46,184 bases of DNA from Hyphomicrobiales bacterium. Its GTDB lineage: Bacteria > Pseudomonadota > Gammaproteobacteria > Pseudomonadales > Pseudohongiellaceae. Shown here piece after piece: positions 11,301-19,105 of this stretch. The DNA lies in NCBI GenBank assembly GCA_035555995.1, contig DATMFX010000168.1, positions 1 through 46,184 on the forward strand, read 5' to 3'. Position numbers and translations under genes: made by a program. Positions within the stretch are counted from its first letter, which is position 1. Each line of letters starts with the position of its first letter. Below the pieces are notes generated by a model, which saw only the letters and a program-made list of their open reading frames with translations, made no database searches and was not told where the DNA came from.

Positions 11301-11453
11301 ATAGGTCACGGTGACCACGATGGCCGGAAATTCGATGTCGGGACGGTCGAGCACCCCCAGGCGGGGAAAGCTCACCAGCCCGGCGATGGTGAGGGCGATG
11401 AACATCATCACCACCGGCACCGGGTTGCGGATGGACCAGGTTACGAAATTCAT
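8379..11453 (-). CDS. RND efflux permease, AcrB/HAE1-type
   Basis: 1024 aa with 12-TM RND architecture. The TM4 motif GILVDDAIVEVENI (DD pair) is typical of multidrug HAE1 pumps. It sits directly downstream of a membrane fusion protein gene. Confidence 0.9.
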   Translation of the reverse strand: MNFVTWSIRNPVPVVMMFIALTIAGLVSFPRLGVLDRPDIEFPAIVVTVTYAGVAPSQMESEVTRRVEDAVATIAGIEELRSTVNEGASTTVIQFIFGTDLDQTMDEVRDALTTIRADLPQDANEPIVSRATTAGLPVVTWTVSSDRMTDTELSWFVDLELARELTAVPGVGRFTRVGGVDREIRVDLDPDRIAALRTTATDVSRQLRRIQAEYPGGEARLGGLEQTVRTTGIVSSVEELKALPILLPDGRSVRLDVLAEVRDQASEQRSAALLDGKPVVGFQVVRAWGASALDVAEQSRAVVEALKLKYPDVEFAEASNTVEYIQVSYDASMEMLIEGAILAVLVVWVFLRDWRATLISAAALPLSIIPTFWVIYQFGYTLNILTLVALTLVVGILVDDAIVEVENIVRHLRQGKTPRQAAMDAAIEIGLAVVATTLTICAVFVPVAFMGGIAGEFFRPFGFTVAIAVLFSLLVARMLTPMMAAYLLKPNHEEEKQPWLLRWYIDKVTWCLRHRLIVVIVSSVVMGVMLSLFRLLPTGFAPAGDNGFTQLSVELPPGARLEDTLRVSEQARRIISDMPEVSSVFTTVGSGSGGSVRSATLTIQLDNTEGVKGLQQIFERKAADAIRVIPGARLQFQGGGGGDRLEMTLVSDNPERLDAAAAAVERELRTIAGLGSVNSSAALLQPEIVITPDPLRAAELGVTTDQLSTVTRIATAGDVSTGLARFNLDNRQIPIRVRLNDTARSDIERLSLLTVQGSGGPVPLMNVADVRLGSGPAQITRVNRSRNITLSANLNGLPLGDTLQRVEGSDAMRNLPEGVSFLRTGDARFIQDIFGRFALAMMIGVMSIYAVLVLLFHKFVQPLTILSALPPSAAGAIVALLAAGYGLAINSLIGLLMLMGIVTKNSILLVEYAIMAQRDHGLGLREAMLDSCAKRARPIVMTSIAMGAGMLPVALGWAGDPSFRAPIGVAVLGGLMVSTMVSLFIVPVFFTLVEDGLALLQKRLGHWLPSHEADDAGRAAPVSK

Positions 11454-11454
11454 A

Positions 11455-12561
11455 TCAGCGGACCTCGACCAGATTCACCAGATCGCCATCCTTGAGGAAG
11501 CCCGCGCCGTTGGTAACGATGCGCGCACCGTTCTGCAGGCCGGAGAGCACCTCGATCTCGTCGCCCTGGATGGCGCCGGTCTGGATCATCTGGCGATGCA
11601 CGACGCGCTTGTCGTCCAGCACGAACACATAGTTGTAGCCGTCGCTGCTGACCAGCGCACTGAGCGGCACCAGGATGGCCTGGCTCTGGCCAAGCGCGAT
11701 CCTGCCGCGCGCGAACATGCCGGGACGCAGCGCGGGATCGGCCTCCACGTCCACGTAGATCAGCCCGGTGTGGGTGTTCACGTCCACGGTGGGCGCCACG
11801 ATGCGGATGCGGCCGGTATGTTCCCGACCGTCGACACTGGTCACGCTCACCTGCTGGCCCGGCTCCAGCTCGGGCAACAGCGATTCGGGCACTTCACCGC
11901 GCCATTCGACGCGACTTTGCCGCAGCAGGCGCAGCATTTCCGTGCCCGCCTGCGCAATCTGCCCCACGCTCACGGTGCGGCTGGAAATCACGCCGTCGTC
12001 GGGCGCCAGCACCCGGGCATATTCCAGGCGCAAACGCGCGGACTCGAGATCGGCCCTGGCGGCTTCCACGCTGCCTTCGGCGCCCTGCGCCTCGCTGTTG
12101 AGCTGGTCGAGATCGGCGGCAGACAGCAGGTTCTTACCGGCCAGCGACGTGCCGCGCTCGTACGCCATGCGCGCGTTGTGAGCCGCGGCCTCGCGCTGCT
12201 TCAGCGTGGCCTCGCTCATCTGCAGGGCGGACTGCAGCAGCGCGGTGGACAGGCGCACCAGTTCCTGCCCCCGCTGCACGTCGTCGCCCACGTCCACCAG
12301 CACTTCCTCCACGCGATAGCCGCCCACCTCGGCGGCAATCAGCACTTCCTGCCACGGGTGAATGGTGCCGCTCAGGGTGATGTAGCGGGTAAAGTCGCCG
12401 GCTTCCACCACGTCGGCATTGACGGTCAGGGAAGCTTCGGCGTCGAGCGACGATCCCCCGCCCTGCGGCTGGGCGTGCAGGGAAAAGGCCAAAACATTGA
12501 GAACAGCAAACAGCAAAGGGCCGGCAAAGGCCGGCCGGGTCCGGGAGCGAGGGACGGTCAT
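11455..12561 (-). CDS. RND membrane fusion (periplasmic adaptor) protein
   Basis: 368 aa with a signal-like N-terminus. HlyD/AcrA-type lipoyl and coiled-coil segments are present (VEAGDF..., QRGQELVRLS, ADLESARLRLEYARVLAPDDGVI). Its stop lies 1 nt from the pump ATG. Confidence 0.85.
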   Translation of the reverse strand: MTVPRSRTRPAFAGPLLFAVLNVLAFSLHAQPQGGGSSLDAEASLTVNADVVEAGDFTRYITLSGTIHPWQEVLIAAEVGGYRVEEVLVDVGDDVQRGQELVRLSTALLQSALQMSEATLKQREAAAHNARMAYERGTSLAGKNLLSAADLDQLNSEAQGAEGSVEAARADLESARLRLEYARVLAPDDGVISSRTVSVGQIAQAGTEMLRLLRQSRVEWRGEVPESLLPELEPGQQVSVTSVDGREHTGRIRIVAPTVDVNTHTGLIYVDVEADPALRPGMFARGRIALGQSQAILVPLSALVSSDGYNYVFVLDDKRVVHRQMIQTGAIQGDEIEVLSGLQNGARIVTNGAGFLKDGDLVNLVEVR

Positions 12562-12733
12562 GAAATACTTCCAGGTATGAATATGACTGGCGGGTCATTC
12601 TAGGCGAGGACACCTACCCTGTCAGCAGGCGCCGGAAAAGTTTTTGCCCCCGGCCACCCCCCAAAACCGCAACTTCCACAATCGGTGCACGGTATTCCCC
12701 GCCTTGCCGGGAAGTTGACCGATGCGTCCGGGA

Positions 12734-13864
12734 TTACTTGCAGCGCATTCTCGATTGCAATGGCTTCATGCCGAACAACAGCCTCGTCACTGCAAACCGC
12801 CGTACCAGAACCTCGTAGATCGTCAGTGACACCGCCAGGGTGCCGAACAGCACCACGCCATATTTGACACCCCACGGCCATGGCTGCCGTATCACCTGCC
12901 AGGCCAGCACTATCATCACACTCTGGTGCAGGATATAGAGCGGATAGCTGGCTTCGCCCAGGTAGTCCAGCGCCCGGTTGCGGAATGACAGCCATTGCTT
13001 GCCATACCCCAGGAACACCAGCACCCACCACCAGGTGAACAGGCAGGCGCCAATCGCATCATGCCGCGTGTCGTTGTGCCACACGTGCACGGCCTTCAAG
13101 GAGAAGATGACGCCGGTGGCGGTCACCGCCAACCCCAGCAACCGCCGCCGATAGCGTTGCAGCCAATCCCACGCGCCTGGCAGCCACGCCAGGAAGAAGC
13201 CGAACACGAACAGCAGCGCATAGTGGTTGAAGATGTACCAGTCGCTCACCAGATTATGGGTTTCGGGAAAATGCGGCTTCAGCAGCGCCTCATTGATACC
13301 GAGCGGCAAGCCGGGCAACAGCAGCCACCAGCCCGGCCGCCGTGCCCGGCGCCGCCGCCACCATGCCAGCAACGGCAACAGCAGCACGGCATAGAGGAAC
13401 AGGTAGACGATGAACCAAAGATGGTGCCAGCCAAAATCCACTTGCGGATACGGCCTGAACTGCAAGACACGCTGCCAATAGAAGGCCAGATAGCCACCCT
13501 CCCACTGGTGGCGAAATAGACTCTCGATGTAAATCTGCGGCGGCACGACGACCAGCATCCCAAACAGCAAAGGCACCAGCAGCCGTCTGGCACGCTCGCC
13601 CGCCACCTGCCAGGCGGTGCGGCGGCCAAGCATGAGCCACAAGGTGGCGCCAGCGATGACGAACAATAACGGCATGCGCAAGCGATGGGCGATGTCCATC
13701 GGCAAGTCCAGCGCATGCACCACATTACCATCGACGATGTGCCAGCCCCAGCCGACGAACAACATGCCGGCATGGAACATGAACAGAAAGCCGATGGCGA
13801 TGACACGCAGCCAGTCGAAGAAGTGCCAGCGCTCGTTTTGCTTCAAGGGAGTATCGGGATGCAT
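12734..13864 (-). CDS. membrane acyltransferase family 3 protein
   Basis: Polytopic protein with FDWLRVIAIGFLFMFHAG near the N-terminus (acyltransferase_3 / OpgC-like signature). I chose the ATG at 13864 (MHPDTPLK...) because AAGGAGG lies 7 nt upstream. The track ORF begins 10 codons earlier. Confidence 0.72.
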   Translation of the reverse strand: MHPDTPLKQNERWHFFDWLRVIAIGFLFMFHAGMLFVGWGWHIVDGNVVHALDLPMDIAHRLRMPLLFVIAGATLWLMLGRRTAWQVAGERARRLLVPLLFGMLVVVPPQIYIESLFRHQWEGGYLAFYWQRVLQFRPYPQVDFGWHHLWFIVYLFLYAVLLLPLLAWWRRRRARRPGWWLLLPGLPLGINEALLKPHFPETHNLVSDWYIFNHYALLFVFGFFLAWLPGAWDWLQRYRRRLLGLAVTATGVIFSLKAVHVWHNDTRHDAIGACLFTWWWVLVFLGYGKQWLSFRNRALDYLGEASYPLYILHQSVMIVLAWQVIRQPWPWGVKYGVVLFGTLAVSLTIYEVLVRRFAVTRLLFGMKPLQSRMRCK

Positions 13865-13923
13865 GGCAATTCCTCCTTTATGGAAAATTGCCATTATTCG
13901 GGCGGCGCTCCAGCGCGCAGCGG

Positions 13924-14709
13924 TTATGGGGCAAGCGGGACGGTTCTGCCGAGCCGGGTGAACAAGCCGGCCTTGAAACGGCGGCTGAGCCGCAACACCT
14001 TGCCGCTGTGCAGGGTGACTTCATGGTCGCCCTTGAACAAGGGTTCCAGCGTGGCGATGGCAGAGATGTTGACCGCCACCGATTTGTGGATGCGCACGAA
14101 ACGATCCGGATCGAGCTGGGCCAACAGTTCCTGCAAGGGCCGCCGCAATGTGTGGCGTTTCTGCGCCAGGTGCAGATGCACATAGTTGTCATCGCTCTCG
14201 ATCCAGTCGATGGCGTCGACGGCTATCACCTGCAAATGCTCACCGGCCGGCACCACCAGCCGAGTCAGCGGACCGCGTGCTTGCTGCAGCCGCTGCGCCA
14301 CCTGCACTGCGTTTTCTACATGCACCGCGCTTTCGGCGGAGGCGCCGCTACGCAGCCGGGCACGGACGCGATCCAGCATCTTCGCCAGGCGCGCATTGTC
14401 GAACGGCTTGAGCAGGTAATCGAGCGCTGCCAGTTCGAAGGCAGTGACCGCGTATTCGTCGTAGGCGGTGATGAATACCAGCAGCGGCGCAATGGCCGGG
14501 TCGAGCTGCGCGGCAAGTTCGATGCCGCTGAGCCCAGGCATGCGGATGTCGAGCAGCAACAGATCCGGGCGCTGGCTATCCAGCGCTTGCACGGCAGCCA
14601 GGCCGTCGGCCGCTTCGCCCACCACCAGCACATCCGCCTGCATGCCGAACCAGCGCGTCAGTTTGAGCCGGGCAGGCGCTTCATCATCGGCGATCACCAC
14701 GCGAATCAT
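13924..14709 (-). CDS. LytTR/AlgR-family response regulator
   Basis: From the ATG at 14709: MIRVVIADDEAPARLKL...LLLLDIRMPGLSG is a receiver domain. The C-terminal LytTR DNA-binding domain follows (YVHLHL...FVRIHKSVAVN). Its start overlaps the kinase stop (ATGA). Confidence 0.88.
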   Translation of the reverse strand: MIRVVIADDEAPARLKLTRWFGMQADVLVVGEAADGLAAVQALDSQRPDLLLLDIRMPGLSGIELAAQLDPAIAPLLVFITAYDEYAVTAFELAALDYLLKPFDNARLAKMLDRVRARLRSGASAESAVHVENAVQVAQRLQQARGPLTRLVVPAGEHLQVIAVDAIDWIESDDNYVHLHLAQKRHTLRRPLQELLAQLDPDRFVRIHKSVAVNISAIATLEPLFKGDHEVTLHSGKVLRLSRRFKAGLFTRLGRTVPLAP

Positions 14710-15806
14710 AATGGCGAAGCTCCTATGCGGATCGTCACAATAAAGGCATCCCCCTGCTGCTCCGTGGTGAGCGACGCGGCAAGTCCATACTGTGCACGCA
14801 GCCGCTCCCGGCAATTGCGCAGACCAATGCCATTGCCATCGGTGGCCGCGCCCGCACGATGGCCACCAGCAGCCGGCGCATTACGGAGCCGCAATACCAG
14901 CACGTCGTCGTCAACACGGGCATCGATGTCGATAGTGACCGGCGCCAATGACGGTTCCACGCCGTGACGGAAAGCATTTTCCAGCAATGGCTGCAGCAGC
15001 AATGGCGGCACACTGCGCTCGAGGGCCGCTATTGCCAATTGCCAGCGCACGGCTACGCGCGGTGCGAAACGGCTGGTCATGATGTCGGCATAATGCTGCA
15101 GCAGGCGCACTTCTTCGCGCAGCGGTACCAGCGTGGCGGCATCCAGAGAGAGGTAGCCGCGCAGCAAATCGGCCAGCCGGTTCACCAGCACATCGGCACG
15201 CTCGGGATCGGTGGGAATAAGGGCTGAGATGGTATTGAGTGTGTTGAACAGAAAGTGCGGCTGCAATTGCGATTTCAATTGCAGCAGTCTGGCCTCGGCC
15301 AGTGTCCGCTGCGCCGCCAGCAACCTGCCCTGCTGCTCATGCCAACCGGCAAAAAATTGCAGTCCGAACAGAACGCCAAGCCACAGGCCAAGGAACAGCG
15401 CCAGTTTCAGCGTTTCATAGGCCCAAATCATCAGCCAGCCTTCGTGCTCGTAGGTCAGACCGGCCAGTCCATAGGCCAGATGGCGCAGACCATAGGTCAG
15501 CAGTACGAACAACCCGGACAACAGCGGCAGCCATTGCAAATGCTGCCAAAACCAGCGCCAGGGCGTGGCGAGAAGCGCCTGTTGGCGCCGGCTGTACCGC
15601 AGCATGATCACGAGCAGCGCCGTCAGCACCAGCGCCGATGAGCCCTCCCACACTAAGGGTTGCCACCAGCGGACGACGGGGCCGCCGAAGTTGTCGTGCA
15701 CGGCCACCAGGATCATCAACAGCCAGAACAAGCCCCAGGCGGCCAGCAAGGGCTTGAGCAAGCCCACCGGCCACTGCTGCAACACCTTGTTCTGATGAGT
15801 CGACAT
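14706..15806 (-). CDS. LytS/AlgZ-type membrane sensor histidine kinase
   Basis: From the ATG at 15806 (MSTHQNKV...): multiple N-terminal TM helices, then LQPHFLFNTLNTISALI (PF06580-type H box) and a HATPase_c segment (NGIGLRNCRERL). Confidence 0.85.
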   Translation of the reverse strand: MSTHQNKVLQQWPVGLLKPLLAAWGLFWLLMILVAVHDNFGGPVVRWWQPLVWEGSSALVLTALLVIMLRYSRRQQALLATPWRWFWQHLQWLPLLSGLFVLLTYGLRHLAYGLAGLTYEHEGWLMIWAYETLKLALFLGLWLGVLFGLQFFAGWHEQQGRLLAAQRTLAEARLLQLKSQLQPHFLFNTLNTISALIPTDPERADVLVNRLADLLRGYLSLDAATLVPLREEVRLLQHYADIMTSRFAPRVAVRWQLAIAALERSVPPLLLQPLLENAFRHGVEPSLAPVTIDIDARVDDDVLVLRLRNAPAAGGHRAGAATDGNGIGLRNCRERLRAQYGLAASLTTEQQGDAFIVTIRIGASPL

Positions 15807-16165
15807 GGCCGGATTGTAGCCAGTCGGCCTGGCGCCTGCACAAGGCATGGGGCAAGCGGGACGCCGACGGACTCAGGCGGCGTTGTCGTAAAGAAAGGCC
15901 GGAGAGAGATCCCCAGGAACCTGCTGATTCCGGCATGGCCATCTCCTTGGCTCGTTTTGTCCTTGTCCCAGTCTGGACGCAGATTCCGGTTTTCGCCCAT
16001 CCCTGGAAACATCGGACCGTGGCGCAGCGGCGCACCGGTCGCGGGCAGAGAAAGTTTTTGACCAGGCTGGCCGCCAACTGTCCGGCAACGTACAGCAAGC
16101 GTTCATTTGCGGGCGATTTTTCCGCACGCCTTATTTCAACCAAATGATTTGCCGGGAAAATTTTA

Positions 16166-16181
16166 TGGCACGTTCATTGCT
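16166..16181 (+). promoter_or_regulatory. sigma54 (-24/-12) promoter, TGGCACG-ttca-TTGCT
   Basis: Exact match to the consensus TGGCACG-N4-TTGCW. It is correctly oriented, in an intergenic region, and 73 nt upstream of the ATG at 16254. Confidence 0.55.
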
Positions 16182-16200
16182 GCCAATCGGGGGCAATGAA

Positions 16201-16228
16201 TTGCCCCGACGCATTCACAACGTAGAAT
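16201..16228 (+). promoter_or_regulatory. alternative sigma70-like promoter (TTGCCC-16 nt-TAGAAT)
   Basis: The hexamers lie at 16201-16206 and 16223-16228. The -35 overlaps the right half of the palindrome GGGGCAAT-ga-ATTGCCCC (16190-16207). Confidence 0.25.
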
Positions 16229-16253
16229 CACAAGCCCGACCAAAGGCCCCCGC

Positions 16254-18740
16254 ATGTTCCTGGCAAATTTTCGTGTCGCAATCTCCTGGGCGGCGAAGCA
16301 GCCGCTCTACTACGCCATCAAGGTATTGGGCCTGGCGCTTGGCATCATGGCGTTCGCGCTGCTGATCGCCTACGTGGACTTCGTTAAAAACTACGATGCG
16401 CACATTGCCGATCGCGACAGTCTCTACCGTCTGGTGGGCGAATACGTCAGCCGGGAAAACGGCGACCGGGTGCGCTACGACTTCGGCTCGAATGCCTGGG
16501 TGGAACCGTTCAAGCGCGAATACGAGGGCTTGTACGCCAACACCGCCGTGCTGGTGGGGCGCAATGGCGTGCTCGCCGACGAGCTTACGGCCTACGACCA
16601 GGAATATTTCTTCGCGGACGAAGGCGCCATTGCCGTGTTCAGCCTCGACCTGGTGCAGGGCGATCCCGCCAGCGCTTTGAGCGGCCCCAACAAGATCGTG
16701 CTGTCCGAAGCGGCGGCAGTGAAGTATTTCGGCACCAGCACCGGCGTGGTGGGCAGAACGCTCACGCTGGACCAGGCTCACTACCTGGCGGTGAGCGGCG
16801 TGTTCCGCGACCTGCCCAAGCAGACGAACTTTCCCATGGAAGCGCTGGTGTCCTTCGATACCACCGAGCGGGTGCTCGGCGAGGGCACCTTGCACAACCA
16901 GCTGTGGATCATGTTCAACCGCTACACGCTGTTCGTGAAGTTCGACGATCCGGCCAACGCGCATGCGGTGAACGACGACCTGCACGATTTCGCCTACCGC
17001 CGCTCGCCGGAGGCGGACCTGCCGATTCTGGAACGCAATCACTTCACGCTGTTTCTGCAACCGCTGTCGGCAGTCTACCTGGACCCGCTCACCGGCAACG
17101 TCAACGGCGACGACTACACGCGCCGTAACACCTACCTCGGCATCTGGATGCTGTCGACATTGGTGATCCTCGGCGCCTGCGTCAATTACGTCAGCCTGAC
17201 CGTGGGGCAGTTGCAGCTCAGGCTCAAGGAGCTTGGCGTACGGGCCTCGTTCGGCGCCACCAAATCCGCGCTGCTCCTGCAGCTGGTGGCGGAATCACTG
17301 ATCGTGAGCGCGCCGGCGGTGCTGTTGTCCGTGCAGTTGCTGTATGCGCTGGTGCCCGCCTTCGCGGCGGTGGTGGCCGTGCCGATGACGGTCGCGGACG
17401 TGCTGACCTTCGACGTCTGGGGCTGGGTGGCGCTGATGATTCTGTTGATCTGCGCCTTCGTCAGCGCCGCGCCCGTGCTGTTTTCGAGCCAGGATGCCGT
17501 CAAGGGACGTGCCTTCAGGCCGGCCGCCGCGCGCTTCAGCTGGCGCGCGGGCAGCGCGGTGGTGTTCTTCCAGTTCGCCATTTCCACGCTGTCCGCGCTG
17601 ATGGTGCTTGGCATCTATTTGCAGGTAAATCTGCTGCAGAACGCCAGGGCCGGTTTCGATCCGCACAACCTGGTCCTCACCGATACGCGCTTCGACGGGC
17701 CGGATTCCAACACCGGCGGTTTCCAGGCGCTGAAGAACGAACTGGAACAGATTCCCGAGGTGGAAGCCCTTGCCGCGCTTTCCGTCAATCCGCCTGCCAC
17801 CGGCGGCTTCACCAATTGGGTGCGCATCGGCGAGGGGGAGCCGGTGGATCTCACCGTGTCGCACATCCGGGTCGATCCCAGCTTTCTGTCCACCTATAGG
17901 ATTCCGCTGCTCGCCGGACGCAACTTTTCCTTGGACTATCCTTCTGAACTGATTGGCCCTTCTGAATTGATCGGCGGTGACGGCGAGACGAGCCACAATC
18001 CCGGCATCCTGCTCACCCGCAATGCCCTCAGCCGATTTGGTTTCGACACGCCACAAAGCGCCATCGGCCAGCCTTTCCGTTACTCGATGGACAAGGACGA
18101 CATCACCTACACGGTCATTGGCGTCGTGGAGGATTTCATGTTCTCGCCGATGGAAAGCGCCGTGAGGTCCGTGGCGGTGCTGCAGGGCACGGCGCAGCCC
18201 TTGCGCAACCTCACGCTGCGGCTGCGCGAAGATTACGGCCCGGACGCAGTTGAGCGCATCAGAGCGGTGTGGAACCGGCATCTTCCCAGCGTGCCTTTCA
18301 ATGCTTCGTTCATGGAGGAAGTGATCAGCGCGGAAATCGCAGGCAAGACGCAAAGCCTGGCGCTGGCGGCCTCGATGGCCGCCATCGTGTTCTTCTGCAC
18401 CGCGGTGATCGGCATCTATGCCCAAGCCAGCTTCGTCTGCGACCGCAGCTCGAAATCCATCGCCATCCGCAAGGTGTTGGGCGGCTCCAGACGTTCGATC
18501 CTGGGCCTGCTGCTGGCGCAGTTCACGCTGCCGGTGGTGGCGTCGTTCGCGCTGGCGCTGCCCATCGCGCTTTATTTCATCAGCTCGTTCTACAGCACGT
18601 TCCAGGAAACGCCGGGCTTTCCGGTAGGGCTCTACGCTTCCTGTCTGGCGGGCATCATCTGTCTGGCGCTGGTAACGGTTTTCGCGCATTGCCAGCGGGC
18701 GGTGTCGCAGCATCCGATCCGGATGCTGCGGTACGAGTGA
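16254..18740 (+). CDS. FtsX/MacB-type ABC transporter permease (double FtsX domain), no cognate ATPase adjacent
   Basis: 828 aa. The N-terminus FRVAISWAAKQPLYYAIKVLGLALGIMAF is typical of the family. Two large extracytoplasmic domains are each followed by FtsX-type helices (KELGVRASFGATK.. and IAIRKVLGGSRRSI..). Confidence 0.85.
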   Translation: MFLANFRVAISWAAKQPLYYAIKVLGLALGIMAFALLIAYVDFVKNYDAHIADRDSLYRLVGEYVSRENGDRVRYDFGSNAWVEPFKREYEGLYANTAVLVGRNGVLADELTAYDQEYFFADEGAIAVFSLDLVQGDPASALSGPNKIVLSEAAAVKYFGTSTGVVGRTLTLDQAHYLAVSGVFRDLPKQTNFPMEALVSFDTTERVLGEGTLHNQLWIMFNRYTLFVKFDDPANAHAVNDDLHDFAYRRSPEADLPILERNHFTLFLQPLSAVYLDPLTGNVNGDDYTRRNTYLGIWMLSTLVILGACVNYVSLTVGQLQLRLKELGVRASFGATKSALLLQLVAESLIVSAPAVLLSVQLLYALVPAFAAVVAVPMTVADVLTFDVWGWVALMILLICAFVSAAPVLFSSQDAVKGRAFRPAAARFSWRAGSAVVFFQFAISTLSALMVLGIYLQVNLLQNARAGFDPHNLVLTDTRFDGPDSNTGGFQALKNELEQIPEVEALAALSVNPPATGGFTNWVRIGEGEPVDLTVSHIRVDPSFLSTYRIPLLAGRNFSLDYPSELIGPSELIGGDGETSHNPGILLTRNALSRFGFDTPQSAIGQPFRYSMDKDDITYTVIGVVEDFMFSPMESAVRSVAVLQGTAQPLRNLTLRLREDYGPDAVERIRAVWNRHLPSVPFNASFMEEVISAEIAGKTQSLALAASMAAIVFFCTAVIGIYAQASFVCDRSSKSIAIRKVLGGSRRSILGLLLAQFTLPVVASFALALPIALYFISSFYSTFQETPGFPVGLYASCLAGIICLALVTVFAHCQRAVSQHPIRMLRYE

Positions 18741-18747
18741 GGGGCAA

Positions 18748-18774
18748 GCGGCTCGCCGGCGTTTGCGGAGCCGC
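18748..18774. terminator. GC-rich hairpin between convergent genes (possible terminator, no U-tract)
   Basis: GCGGCTC (18748-18754) pairs with GAGCCGC (18768-18774), 7 bp checked by hand. It lies between the permease stop (18740) and the DUF3240-like stop (18792). Confidence 0.25.
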
Positions 18775-18791
18775 CAAGCGCAGTCGACCGC

Positions 18792-19097
18792 CTAATCGCC
18801 TGGCGTACCCAGGCGCCCGCGGTTGTGGACCAGCTGTTCCCAGTACACGCCATCGCCGCCCACCTGCGTCTTCACCTGCGCGAGAATGCGCGGCACCGCC
18901 TCGCAGGCCACGATCATCTCCACCTGCATGCGCTTGCGGCGTCCGCGCACCTGTTCGGCAAGGGTGTTCAGGCCACCGCTGCCGTGGCCGTATACGTGAT
19001 AGGAGCTGAAGCCTTCCACCTCGGGCAGTTCCAGCAGGCAGTCCACCAGCTCTTCCTCGAGTTCGGGGGCAACGTTCAGAACCAGCATGGTGTGCAT
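18792..19097 (-). CDS. small DUF3240-like protein coupled to the heavy-metal RND pump
   Basis: 101 aa. The pattern L.L.....L.E.LVD.LLE....GF....V.GHG......EQV.G......E........L...V.......YW resembles DUF3240 proteins as I remember them downstream of czcA-like genes. Its ATG lies 8 nt after the pump stop, with GAGG overlapping that stop. Confidence 0.6.
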   Translation of the reverse strand: MHTMLVLNVAPELEEELVDCLLELPEVEGFSSYHVYGHGSGGLNTLAEQVRGRRKRMQVEMIVACEAVPRILAQVKTQVGGDGVYWEQLVHNRGRLGTPGD

Positions 19098-19105
19098 GGA
19101 ATACC

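Noticed and set aside
15873-16147. Small ORFs (84 aa on the minus strand, 70 aa on the plus strand) in the 405-bp spacer between the LytS-type kinase and the permease
   Set aside because: They have no Shine-Dalgarno, Arg/Pro/Cys-rich compositions and no motifs. The region is better explained as a regulatory spacer holding the sigma54 promoter.
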